Assembly (NCBI RefSeq): GCF_006345805.1
Contig: NC_043025.1
Location: forward strand, 744,001 to 808,000
Direction: 5' to 3'
From: Octopus sinensis
Lineage: Eukaryota
DNA length: 64,000 nt
Shown: piece after piece, positions 1-12,519 of the stretch
Position numbering within the stretch: position 1 is the first letter of the stretch
Layout: the number at the start of each line of letters is the position of its first letter
The notes under the pieces: generated by a model
What the model was told of the DNA's origin: nothing
The model's input: the letters and a program-made list of their open reading frames with translations, nothing else
The model's database searches: none
Program-made: the position numbers and the translations under genes

Positions 1-182
1 AGCCTGGATTGTAGTACAATGCTTGTAAGTTGCGTTCCATGATTTGATTTTCCTCTCCCTTTATATTATGTATATGTGTGTGTGAAAGTGTGTGTCTGCG
101 TGTGTGTTTGTGTGTGTGAAAATAAGTAAATGTAAATGAATGTATATATGTGTGTATATATATATATATGTATATCGATATA

Positions 183-270
183 TGGAGAGACGTAATAGAT
201 AGAGAGATAGAAAGATAAAGATACAGACAATGATTGATAGAGAGATAGCTAGACAGACACATGATAGTTT

Positions 271-308
<38 letters not shown>

Positions 309-404
309 GATAGATAGATAGATAGATAGAAATATAAAGATAGATAGATAGATAGATAGATAGAAAGATGGAAAGATAGATATAGATAGTCATAGATAGA
401 CAAT

Positions 405-438
<34 letters not shown>

Positions 439-555
439 GATATATAGACATAGATAGATAGATAGATTGATTGATAGATAGATAGATAAATAGATACATA
501 GATAGATAGATAGATGGATAGATAGAGATAGATGGACATAGATAGATAGATAGAT
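183..555. repeat. (GATA)n/(TAGA)n microsatellite
   Basis: Direct reading; source of the spurious 61..588 ORF. Confidence 0.95.
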
Positions 556-2053
556 ATGTTTCTTTATTAGCCACACAGGGCTGCACACAGACAGAACAAA
601 TTACAAGGTAGAGCTTTTCTTTTGGGGGTAAAAAAAAGGGGGTTGGGTTTCGATCAAAAGGGATCGTAAAAGGAAAGAAAGAGGACAAAAAAGGGGGGAT
701 TTTTTTAAAAAAAGGGGGGAGAGGGAAAAAATGAAAGGAAAGGGGAGAGGAAAAAAAGTTGATCAATAGGGATCGTAATCACAGAAATGTCAATATGAAG
801 TGTAAAGAAAAGCCTACGGAAAAGACCACGGTAACCTCGGTCAATGAAGTCACATGTTATATTTCTTTCTTTTATTTTTTTTTGCAAATAAGCAACTCTC
901 TGTATTAATTTTTACGGTTCATAGAATCATAGTCAAGGTGGCTTCGTCATTCATACGTGCCATCCTTGCTACATTCACCCATCTTTTTTAAAACATTCGC
1001 TAGACAAAATTTGCCTCTCTACTCTCACTTTCCTCTTCATGTGATACTTGAAGAAGTTGATGAGAGATTGACCAGAGAGGAAAGTGTTTGTCTCCAATCC
1101 TTTCGGGCGCGTCCACCAGATACATTCTTTCGCCATAGCCACAAGTAAGATAAAAATAGCTCTTCCTTCCCGTTTGAAGGAAGGAGGCTTGACGATATTA
1201 ACGATAGACTCGGTTGATAAACCGACACGTCCCACACGTGACAGCAGTCGTTCGACATAAGCCCACAGGTCGGAAATTGCTGGACACTGAACGATTGCGT
1301 GCAGAGCGGTTTCGTCGCTCTGCCCGCATCTCGGGCAGGTCGGCCCCGTGTTTCTCGAGCCATGCCTATAGAGCTTATCCCGAACGGGTAGCGCTTCTCG
1401 GTAGCACCGCCAGACCAGTGATCTCTAGAAGTTGTCCATAGGTCCCGGGCCGAAAGTCGTTTGAAACAGGCGGGTCACGTATTCCTCGTCGACGCCCAGG
1501 TTTGCCACGAGATCGTCGTCGTACCTCCCCTCCACTAATCCCCTATAGAATTCTTTGGTTGTGTTGAAGTCACTCAAGGTCGACCTGGGACGGCAGAGTT
1601 GCTTGAGAGCAACGCGACACTCGCGGTGCCATTCGCCCTTCCTCGGCCTCTTTTTGATCCACGACTGTTGTTCGGTCATGGAGACGAGTTGCGGGAATGC
1701 GTGCCTCACAAACGGTGACCACACCTGTTCACCGTCGTCTACATAGAGCCGGAGATGTCGCAGTCTCAGCGCGTGTCTGCGCATCATCAACCACGGCATG
1801 CCCAGCCCTTCTTTTAACGGGTGTTGGCAGCAAATGGATCGCCTGACCATCGGGACGCATCCTTTCCACAAGAAGCGGAAGAGGATGCGTTCTAGTTTGG
1901 TGATGGTAGGGTCGGGACAAGGTACGACGGTCAGGCGGTAGTAGATGATGGACGCGATGTAGGCGTTCGCCACCTCCGCCCGACCTTTTAGGGACACTTT
2001 CCTCTCGGCCCATTGCTGGGCGAGAGTGACCACCCTACTCATTATCTCGTTCC

Positions 2054-2054
<1 letters not shown>
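556..2054 (-). mobile_element. 5'-truncated Tx1/L1-clade non-LTR retrotransposon (ORF2 C-terminus + 3' UTR)
   Basis: Minus-strand frame 2050->975 reads WAERKVSLKGRAEVANAYIASIIYY...FLWKG...GLG (post-RT region). After one in-frame TAG at 1425-1427 it continues WRCYREALPVRDKL...CPRCGQSDETALHAIVQCP...W (zf-RVT-type CCHC region). 3' UTR ends with AATAAA (563-568) abutting (TATC)n. Confidence 0.85.
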
Positions 2055-2114
<60 letters not shown>

Positions 2115-2170
2115 TATAGATAGATAGAGATATAGATAGAAGATCGATTGATTGATCGATAGATAGATCA
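2055..2170. repeat. (GATA)n microsatellite flanking the Tx1 5' junction
   Basis: Direct reading. Confidence 0.95.
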
Positions 2171-2766
2171 TTTTCTATTGTTGCATCCTTTAAAATTTCA
2201 GGAACACAAACCATAGAGCTTCAATTCCCGTTCGCTGTCTTCGATGAGATCCGACAATTCTAATTTATGGCGTAGAATTTAAACCATAGCTGTAAACAAT
2301 TCCTTACGTTTGTCATCCATTGGGCTGCGCCTATGCTGGGGCACTGCCTTAAAGTGTTTTAGTCGCACAAATCGACCCCAGTATTTGTTGTTAAGCCTGC
2401 TGCGTATTCTCGCGATCCCTTCCGCTGATTTGCCTACAGTTACGCAACTTTATACTTTTGATTTTTTTTTTATTACTTACCAGAAAAAAGAAAAACATGA
2501 ATGCAATTATCGTCAGCAGCAGGCAATTCTGCATCAGACGTAAATGCTTTGAAAATGACGTGGTAAAAATGTGAAACGTTTCAAGTGGTTGTAAGGAATT
2601 TAACAAGATACCGATCGGCCAAATTACTGGGACGTAAAAAACCGGAACCTGTTCCCAAGCGGTCATAGTGGATAAACTGAAACACATACACATATACATA
2701 CACACGCTCACATATACATAGATATATACATATATGTCAAATATATATATATATATATATACATAA

Positions 2767-2801
<35 letters not shown>

Positions 2802-2940
2802 ACAAAGTAAGTTTGGGGCTACTAATAAATATATATAATTGAAATATAGGATAAAATTTTTACGAGGATTTATCAAGTAGTTATCGTGAAAAACCTCAGA
2901 AGGGATAACTTATTAATTATTCCCTATGAATATATTTATG

Positions 2941-3284
2941 TATATTAAGGGCATTACTTATACATAAATGCCTCACGCTAGGAGGGTCTCTTGAAGTCAT
3001 AACTACTATAATGCCCACATTGTACAAACCGCGAGGGAATGCAACTCTCAAAGCGAGCCTCCAGAAACAGACTTAGCTGAATATGATTTCGTAATTAGTG
3101 CAGAAAATGCACTTTTCACTCATCGGCGCAACCTTAGTCAAGACATATAAAAATTATCAAAAATCAATTTACCAGACGAACACATGTATTCTTGCGTTTG
3201 ATACAATGTGGTTATTATAGTAGTGTTGACTTCAAGAGTCCCTCTTAGCGCGAGGCATTTCTATATAGTAATGCCCTTAATATA
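2941..3284. mobile_element. MITE with ~100-bp imperfect terminal inverted repeats
   Basis: TATATTAAGGGCATTAC...CTCTTGAAGTCA...CACATTGTA (2941-3045) is the reverse complement of 3195-3284 (...GTAATGCCCTTAATATA); TA-rich ends. Confidence 0.8.
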
Positions 3285-3289
3285 AATAA

Positions 3290-3331
<42 letters not shown>

Positions 3332-4231
3332 GTGCGTATGTATATGTGTTTATATGTATATATATATATACATATTCATATATATATTTTATTTTCTATT
3401 TTAGATACAAGTTTTCACTGTATATAGAAACACTTCGAAGTGCTGAAGTGATTAGAACTTGAGACTTTAGATACGTAAAGAAACGATAAGCAAGCTAGAT
3501 ATTTATCTACATTTACATATGAAGATACATTGAATGGAAATTAAAAAGGTAAACGTGTGTGGATATTAAGAAGAAATAGTCCAATTATCAGATAAAACAG
3601 TATCACAAATAGTATAGGTAGAGTTTTAAATGTTCTACGGCCGTTTCAGGGATCTTTGTGGTCCTGATATATGACAGATATCAGGGACCATTGTTGGATA
3701 ACATCACCTCTCCGGGGGAAGAAGTTTATATTAAAGGTTTTGCATTTAAAATGTTGTCATGATATTGGTTAAAGACTGATTGATTTTATAGAGGGCTATA
3801 TTTAATAGGAAGGGGAGTTAGGGATGTTTAGACAGAGAATAGTTGCAGGATGGAGAAAATAGATTTCAAGATCATAAGACCACTGATGGTATTAAAGGTG
3901 AGAGTGGTAGAAAGTGGATTAGTTTATGTCCAAGTTAAATTAGTGAAAAAAGGATGGACTTAAGCGGTTCGATATCAGATAAGGGTTTGAGAGGGAGGTT
4001 ATATGTTCTATTCTAGGCTTTCCGTCCGACTCATTTGCCTCAGAAAATCCGATTTGGGTCGAGTTAGTTAATGCATTATTGACCGTATTATACACCGTGT
4101 CAGGAATAACGTTGAGCTCCCGCTATGGATTTGCACATTAGACGTTATTTTTGGTTTCCCTCTTTCCACCATAAACACACGAATTTCCTTCAGTTTGACA
4201 TGTCAAATTATTGCAATATTTACAATTGACA

Positions 4232-4432
4232 AGGCGCCGAGTTGGCAGAAACGTTTGCACGCAGGGAAAAATGCTTAGCGATCTGTTTTTACGTTATGAG
4301 TTCAAAATTCCGCCGATTTCGACTTTACCTTTCATCCTTTCGGGTTTGAAACATTAAGTACCCGTTGCATAGTAGGGTCGATCTAATCAGTTGGGCCCTA
4401 CCCCAAAATTTCGGGCTTTGTGACTAGAGTAG
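4232..4432 (+). mobile_element. tRNA-derived SINE, family B (GGCGAGCTGGCAGAAACGTTAGC...)
   Basis: Same family recurs at 20050-20279, 30280-30700, 36700-37125 and 42035-42435; B-box-like GAGTTCAAATTCC. Confidence 0.75.
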
Positions 4433-4439
4433 ATAAGAA

Positions 4440-4533
4440 TAATTACAATCGACGGACAGGTGTCCTCATCTTGTTAGTTGTTACTACAACGTTTCGGCTG
4501 AGGAATTCTCCAGCCTTCTTCAGATGTCTTCTC
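4440..4533 (-). mobile_element. 3' fragment of hammerhead-bearing SINE family
   Basis: Minus strand CTGAAGA-A-GGCTG-GAGAATTCCT-CAGCC-GAAAC-GTT; homologous to 28670-29137. Confidence 0.65.
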
Positions 4534-4679
4534 AACAATAAAGTGTAGACATCAACCCGTCCAATTCAAATATCATACATAATTCCTCAACTCTAAATTA
4601 TAAAACAGAGGCAGCTCAGATTTTCGTCAAAGAAAAGCGACTCAGACATATATATTCATATATATCATGATGATGATGA

Positions 4680-4719
<40 letters not shown>

Positions 4720-4888
4720 AGAGAGAGAGAGAGACTTATTTTATCGAACTTTCGTTAGCTTTGGCTGCCATTTCTAGCATATGGATAGCCTTCTTGACGG
4801 CCTGATCGATTTGCTCGACTAAAGGCGGTGCTCCAGCATGGCCACTGTCAAATGACTGAAACAAGTAAAATAAAATAACATATATATA

Positions 4889-5290
4889 GGCACAGGAGTG
4901 GCTGTGTGGTAAGTAGCTTGCTTATCAACCACATGGTTCCTGGTTCAGTCCCACTGCGTGGCATCTCGGGCAAGTGTCTTCTGCTATAACCCCGGGCCGT
5001 CCAATGCCTTGTGAGTGGATTTGGTAGACGGAAACTGAAAGAAGCCTGTCGTATATATGTATATATATGTATGTGTGTGTATGTGTTTGTATGTCTGTGT
5101 TTGTCCCCCTAGAATTGCTTGACAACAGATGCTGGTGTGTTTACGTCCCCGTCACTTAGCGGGTCGGCAAAAGAGACCGATAGAATAAGTACTGTGCTAA
5201 CGAAGAATAAGTCCCGGGGTTGATTTGCTCGACTAAAGGCGGTGCTCCAGCATGGCCACTGTCAAATGACTGAAACAAGTAAAATAAAAT
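4889..5290 (+). mobile_element. tRNA-derived SINE, family A (GGCACAGGAGTGGCTGTGTGGTAAG...)
   Basis: A/B-box-like head (GGTTCAGTCCC), internal microsatellite, shared 3' GGCGGTGCTCCAGCATGGCC...GAAACAAGTAAAA; many copies in the window. Confidence 0.8.
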
Positions 5291-6434
5291 AACGGAAACT
5301 GAAAGAAGCCCGTCGTATATATGTATATATATGTATACGCCGCGTTGTCGTATATCAAAACGTAAACATCCGGTAAATTCATCCTTCACCTTACGATATG
5401 CACCGGGAAAATACACATACGTGGACTGACCCGTAATTAAAAAAAATCAGACCCGTAAGCTTGCGGATCGGCCCACGCTGGATAGTCACGCTCTAGGTGA
5501 CCGTCGCACGCCGGTCGCCCGCGTCTCCGCCGCCACACGGTGCGTGAAATCGAAAGCACGAAACTAAGCGCGCGGTATCGTCCACGTACCGGGTAAAAAC
5601 AGCGACGTGGTCCCACCCGAAAGTCTTAGGAGGTGCTCGGACCGCAAGCAAACGGATCGGCCCCGGCTGGATAGTCACGCTCTAGGTGACCGTCGCACCC
5701 CAAGGGGGCCCAGACAATATTAGGGGGTGAACAACAGGCAAAAATTAGCCAGCCGGAAGAAGAAGAGAGATAGAGAGAGAGAGAGAGAGAGATAGAGAGA
5801 GAGACTTATTTTATCGAATTTTCGTTAGTTTTGGCTGCCATTTCTAGCATATGGATAGTCTTCTTGACTGCCTGATCGATTTGCTCGACTAAAGGCGGTG
5901 CTCCAGCATGGCCACTGTCAAATGACTGAAACAAGTAAAATAAAATAACGGAAACTGAAAGAAGCCCGTCGTATATATGTATATATATGTGTATGTGCGT
6001 GTGTGTGTCTGTGTTTGTCCCCCTAGCATAGCTTGACAACAGATGCTGCTGTGTTTACGTCCCCGTCACTTAGCGGTTCGGCAAAAAAGAGACCGATAGA
6101 ATAAGTACTGGGCTTACAAAGAATAAGTCCCGGGGTCGAGTTGCTCGATTAAAGGCGGTGCTCCAGCATGGCCGCAGTCAAAATGACTGAAACAAGTAAA
6201 AGAGAAAGAGAAAGAGAATATATATATACATATATGGCTGCTATTTTTAGCAAGTTAAAATTACCTGTTAAAGGGTAATATTCTATTTTGAAATATATAA
6301 ACATATATATATTTGTGTGTGTGAGTGTGTGTTTGTCTGCGGGTATTGTCCGCATATATATCTATATATATATATGGATAGATTGATAGATAGATACATG
6401 CATACATACACACATACATACATATATACAAACT

Positions 6435-6467
<33 letters not shown>

Positions 6468-6887
6468 CTGTGTGTGTGTGTGTGTGTAGCTTAGCTTTAG
6501 ACGAAATACCTATTTTTTAATACCCATTGTCGCCTTTTCCAGCAACTGGACGACAGGATGTTCATTGAAGCGTAAATTGGCTGTGGCTGCAAATGTAATT
6601 AAAATGTAATTAAAATAACTTACTCTTCGGCCAAAACAAGTGTATATACACACACATACATGTATACATACATACATACATACATGCATGCATGCATACA
6701 CAGGCGTATACACAAATGTATGCATACACACACACATACATACGTATATATATATGACGATCTAATTCGTATTTTCTCAGAGGCAGCTCAGATTTTCGTC
6801 AATGAAAAGCGACTCAGACATATATATTCATATATATCATGATGATGATGATGAAGAAGAGAGAGAGAGAGAGATAGATAGATAGAT

Positions 6888-6918
<31 letters not shown>

Positions 6919-6990
6919 CTTATTTTATCGAACTTTCGTTAGCTTTGGCTGCCATTTCTAGCATAGAGAGAGAGAAAGAGAGAAAGAGAT

Positions 6991-7025
<35 letters not shown>

Positions 7026-7183
7026 GAGACTTATTTTATCGAACTTTCGTTAGCTTTGGCTGCCATTTCTAGCATATGGATAGCCTTCTTGACGGCCTGA
7101 TCGATTTGCTCGACTAAAGGCGGTGCTCCAGCATGGCCACTGTCAAATGACTGAAACAAGTAAAATAAAATAACATATATATA

Positions 7184-7590
7184 GGCACAGGAGTGGCTGT
7201 GTGGTAAGTAGCTTGCTTACCAACCACATGGTTCCTGGTTCAGTCCCACTGCGTGGCATCTCAGGCAAGTGTCTTCTGCTATAACCCCGGGCCGTCCAAT
7301 GCCTTGTGAGTGGATTTGGTAGACGGAAACTGAAAGAAGCCCGTCGTATATATGTATATATATATATGTGTGTATGTGCGTGTGTGTGTCTGTGTTTGTC
7401 CCCCTAGAATTGCTTGACAACAGATGCTGGTGTGTTTACGTCCCCGTCACTTAGCGGGTCGGCAAAAGAGACCGATAGAATAAGTACTGGGCTTACGAAG
7501 AATAAGTCCCGGGGTCGAGTTGCTCGCTTAAAGGCGGTGCTCCAGCATGGCCGCAGTCAAATGACTGAAACAAGTAAAAGAGTAAAAGAG
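7184..7590 (+). mobile_element. SINE family A, part of local duplication of 4606-5290
   Basis: Near-identical to 4889-5290, including upstream flank. Confidence 0.8.
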
Positions 7591-7595
7591 AGATA

Positions 7596-8150
7596 GAACT
7601 AGGCCTTGGATGGTATAAATGTAATGTAGTATGTAATAAAGGTGCAGAAGCTATGATAAGGAGGGAAATTGGGTTCAAGTTAACTTTGTAAGATAAAAAC
7701 CCTATTTCTGTCACTTATTGCAATCTTCACTGAGAGGTGTTTGTTTCTCACAAAATATTTCCAGATACTTTTGCAATATTACAAGAAGCGGTTAAAATTA
7801 TTAACGTTATTAAAATTTTTGTTCTCAATAGTTTCCTCTTCTGTGAGGAAATGGCATCCAATTTCAGCAAAGTTTTATGAAGAACAGAAGTGTGATGAAT
7901 CTGAAATGGAGAAGCTTTGAAACAATTGTTAGAACTTTAAGAAAATGATGACATAATATTCCTGCTGGGATTAAATTCAGATTTGTTCCACAATGAAGAT
8001 TCATTATACACATTATTATATTTGTCAGACATTTTTGGGCAACTTAAACCTAATATGTCTGTAGAAGGGGAAAACATTGAAATGTCTTATTTAAATAAAA
8101 GATTCAAGCGTTCATTTAAGAAAGCTGAAACACATGGTAGATCGCAAAGA
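7596..8150 (+). pseudogene. hAT (Charlie/ZBED5/FAM200-like) transposase remnant
   Basis: One frame with stops: ELGLGWYKCNVVCNKGAEAM...YCNLH*EVF...VKIINVIK...LNS...CEEMAS...RTEV**...LLEL...LLYLSDIFGQL. Matches the hAT motifs W..C.GVCTDGA.AM.G, CxxH, HTEVRWLS and LAYL.DIF..LN. Confidence 0.75.
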
Positions 8151-8878
8151 CCGGTACCATTTCCCCACAGTTGAATTTCCTAGAGATACCTGTGCATCTT
8201 TCTCAATTTTCCACCACCGACCAGATATTTCTGCCATCGACCTATATGCTGTTAACAAAGGGAACCGGTTTCTTACAGATTTTAAGGCGTTGATGCTTCA
8301 AGGAGTCGAGGCTTAGGGTACATGTCAGTTGCAGATGGACAGCTACTTTCTCTGTCATTGTCGGTCTTAGGTCAGGTGAGGAGGATTCTGATGTTTGGGT
8401 AGGGCTGCAATATAACATTCAGAGAGAAAGAAAGAAAGAATTAGAGAAAGAGAGAGAGAGAGAGAGTGAGAGAGAGAGAGAAATGTTAGTGAGCAAAAAA
8501 GACGACTAAGATGGTGCTTGGATTTGACGGTAATGTCCCACCGACACGCACAGATGCAGGAGAGGATATCCGAGAAGCTTTCCGACTGAAACAGCGATTT
8601 CCAGCAGAAGACCCGTGTTGGGAAGGCAGCCATTCTCACAGATGTGTGCGACGCACCGAATTTGTTTCCTCATTTGTTTCCCCGACAAACAGACATTATT
8701 TGATTAAATTTTCTGTAAATACGCTTCAGATGGTGATCATTCTGATTATATCGGAATTTGTAGCGAAACAAATTTGTCTGTCGGCGGAAAGAGTGAGTTT
8801 CGTAAAATTCACACGAATTGTCTGTGTTTGCTCATAACTTTAACAAAAATGGGTTATTTTCTAACGTAATTTTCTACA

Positions 8879-9049
8879 GGCGCAAGAGTGGCTGTGTGGT
8901 AAGTAGCTTGCTTATCAACCACATGGTTTCAGGTTCAGTCCCACTGCGTGCCACCTTGGGCAAGTGTCTTCTACTATAGCCTCGGGCCGGCCAAAGACTT
9001 GTGAGTGGATTTGGTAGACGGAAACTGAAAGAAGCCCGTCGTATATATG

Positions 9050-9111
<62 letters not shown>

Positions 9112-9320
9112 TGTGTGTGTTTGTGTTTGTCCCGCTAGCATTGCTTGACAACCAATGCTGGTGTGTTTATGTCCCCGTTACTTAACGGTTCGGCAAAAGA
9201 CACCGATAGAATAAGTACTGGGCTTACAAAAGAATAAGTCCCGGGATCGAGTTGCTCGATTAAAAGCGGTGCTCTAGCATGGCCGCAGTCTAATGACTGA
9301 AAGAAGTAAATGAGTAAAAG
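8879..9320 (+). mobile_element. SINE family A
   Basis: Full head-to-tail match to other copies. Confidence 0.8.
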
Positions 9321-9387
9321 GGAAATACGTTACAGTGTGTGTAAAATGCGATTATATTGGAATTTAATTTGGAAAGAAAAAATAATG

Positions 9388-9422
<35 letters not shown>

Positions 9423-9539
9423 GCGCACATCATAATTTCCTTCGAAATTTCAAGTTTCCTTTTGTCGATATGTGACCTGTTGTACTATGTATTTGTAATA
9501 ATCCACCAAATTAATTTTCTCTTATTCATTTCCGATATG

Positions 9540-11020
9540 ATTTTTCACGCTGAGAGTTGCTGAAGCATGGAACAAACTGCCGGCATCAGTTGTTAATTGT
9601 CTGAGCACTGCATCCTTCAAAACTTTCATGCTTTCTGAGATTCGCCAACACTACACCTGATTTCCTCACCTCCATACACACGCAAGCATGGAACAAACTG
9701 CCGGCATCAGTTGTTAATTGTCTGAGCACTGCATCCTTCAAAACTTTCATGCTTTCTGAGATTCGCCAACACTACACCTGATTTTCTCCCCTCCATACAC
9801 ACACAAGCATGGAACAAACTGCCGGCATCAGTTGTTAATTGTCTGAGCACTGCATCCTTCAAAACTTTCATGCTTTCTGAGATTCGCCAACACTACACCT
9901 GATTTTCTCCCCTCCATACACACACAAGCATGGAACAAACTGCCGGCATCAGTTGTTAATTGTCTGAGCACTGCATCCTTCAAAACTTTCATGCTCTCTG
10001 AGATTCGCCAACGCTACACCTGATTTCCTCACCTCCATACACACGCAAGCATGGAACAACCTGCCGGCATCAGTTGTTAATTGTCTGAGCACTGCATCCT
10101 TCAAAACTTTCATGCTTTCTGAGATTCGCCAACACTACACCTGATTTCCTCACCTCCATACACACGCAAGCATGGAACAAACTGCCGGCATCAGTTGTTA
10201 ATTGTCTGAGCACTGCATCCTTCAAAACTTTCATGCTTTCTGAGATTCGCCAACACTACACCTGATTTTCTCCCCTCCATACACACACAAGCATGGAACA
10301 ACCTGCCGGCATCAGTTGTTAATTGTCTGAGCACTGCATCCTTCAAAACTTCCATGCTTTCTGAGATTCGCCAACACTACACCTGATTTTCTCCCCTCCA
10401 TACACACGCAAGCATGGAACAAACTGCCAGCATCAGTTGTTAATTGTCTGAGCACTGCATCCTTCAAAACTTTCATGCTTTCTGAGATTCGCCAACACTA
10501 CACCTGATTTTCTCCCCTCCATACACACACAAGCATGGAACAACCTGCCGGCATCAGTTGTTAATTGTCTGAGCACTGCATCCTTCAAAACTTTCATGCT
10601 TTCTGAGATTCGCCAACACTACACCTGATTTTCTCCCCTCCATACACACACAAGCATGGAACAACCTGCCGGCATCAGTTGTTAATTGTCTGAGCACTGC
10701 ATCCTTCAAAACGTCCATGCTTTCTGAGATTCGCCAACACTACACCTGATTTTCTCCCCTCCATACACACGCAAGCATGGAACAAACTGCCGGCATCAGT
10801 TGTTAGTTGTCTGAGCACTGCATCCTTCAAAACTTCCATGCTTCCTGAGATTCGCCAACACTACATCTGATTTCCTCCCTCCATACACACACAAGCATGT
10901 ATCTAACTCATACATTGTTCGCTTTCCATACATTTGTACATTACTGCATACACCTTATACGCACTTTCTGACAAGTTGTGGTGCACCTGAGCACTGTATA
11001 CAATAATTTCATTATTTTTA
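9540..11020 (+). mobile_element. 3' end of CR1/L2-type LINE with internal tandem amplification
   Basis: FFTLRVAEAWNKLPASVVNCLSTASFK...HYT* is the typical CR1-type ORF2 C-terminus; 3' UTR 10900-11000 and (ATT)-rich tail follow the last unit. Confidence 0.75.
9563..10899 (+). repeat. Tandem array, 11 x 121 bp
   Basis: AAGCATG anchor at 9563, 9684 ... 10893; units differ by only a few substitutions. Confidence 0.95.
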
Positions 11021-12519
11021 TTATTTTATAATTGTAATCGACACACTCTGAAAGGCATTTATAGAAAATTCCATTAAAAATTTACTATTTTTCTGAAAGT
11101 TGTGACAAAAGCCAGACGCCTTGTGTGAATTTTCCAAAACTCCTCACATCGAAGTAAGAAAAATGTTTTCATCAAATATTTCGATATAATCGCAATTTAC
11201 AGCATCAGAAGCTCAGTTTTAGAAAATATAATTTAAAATCTCCATTGTCTGGAAGCTCTGGGGCAGGAAATTCGGGTGTCAAACATCTGAAGCAATACCG
11301 AAAGGCATTTAATATCTTCACACTGAACTCCTTCATAACCGTCGAGATGCGTCAATTTCCGTTCTCGTAGCTGTTTCCCCGCAACACAGCTCCGTCACAC
11401 ATCCATGAGACTGGCCTGCGATGAGTAAAAACAGTGTGTCGAGATGTTTCGGTGGTAGAGGCGTCGTCACTATGAGCTGAATTGTTCTCCGTTAGATGGC
11501 ATTCACTTGTTTCCTGTTCTATTCTCATCACTTCCGGTCTGATCCCTTTCCTTCTCGAAGTTTACTTTCACATTTTTGCAGCTTAAAATAGGACGACAAC
11601 CAGTGCACGGCTGCACTAAACTGCACTTTCATTGCATATTCTTGCTCCCTTCTCTTTGTAGTGGACAGTCAATGGCTAATCTTTGCAGTTATCTGACCAA
11701 ATGCCAATTATAAAATAGAAACTATTAGATTGAGGGAAATGTCCGTGCGTCGTGTTAAAATAATGATTGTTTTATGCAAGAATTTATTCAAAAGCAACAA
11801 ATATTCTTCAAAATAAAGACCAAACGCACGAACTTTTTCCTCAACTTAATAAATAATTTTTGAAGCAATTAAAGAAATAAGAGGTTTCATTTAGTATCCG
11901 ATGTTTGGCTGCTATTTCTAGCAGCTGCCTCCACAATAGGTGCAGGATGCAGTGTGAAGATTACGGGGAGGAAATTAAGGGCTAAAATTGCAATATTAAA
12001 CCCTTCGATCTATTATTTACATTAAATCATTTTTGGAAATCTTCAAATTCTGCGCAAGAAAAAAATAGAATTTAAAGCGAAAAGGGATTCAATAAGAGTT
12101 ATTGTTCTTACCCTTTCAACGTTGACTCCTCCCACCACTTTGCATAATGTAGACTGACTCCGCCCATTTTGCTTTCTTTATGAACTCATACCCTTCCCCT
12201 ATTACTAAATATATATCGTCCAATAAGCGCGCTCTCCCTCTTTGTCTCTTTCTCTTCGCCTCCCTCTCCCACCTCCTCATATATTACCCAATGCTTCCCC
12301 CTCCCTTGCTTTTACTCTTAATTCCCTCTGTCTGTACCTCACTAAACCCTTAATGCATTTTCATACTCTTTCTCCCTCCCCTACAAAACATATCCTCCCA
12401 CTTCTCCCTCTTTGTCTCCTTTCTCTCAGAACCTCATTATATATTCATTTTAATCACCGCCCACCTCCCTTGGAAAAGCGTTCACCTCTTCCTCTCCCTC
12501 ACTAACTGTATATCTGTCT

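Noticed and set aside
3590-4195. Complex segment suspected to be a retroelement ORF
   Set aside because: Translation gave no recognisable RT or endonuclease motif, so it was left unclassified.
5335-5760. rRNA or group II intron identity for the GC-rich insert
   Set aside because: I could not match conserved rRNA or domain V motifs by eye; kept as an unexplained finding instead.
8511-8837. 108-aa ORF in unique-looking sequence
   Set aside because: No recognisable domain, non-ATG start and no supporting splice structure.
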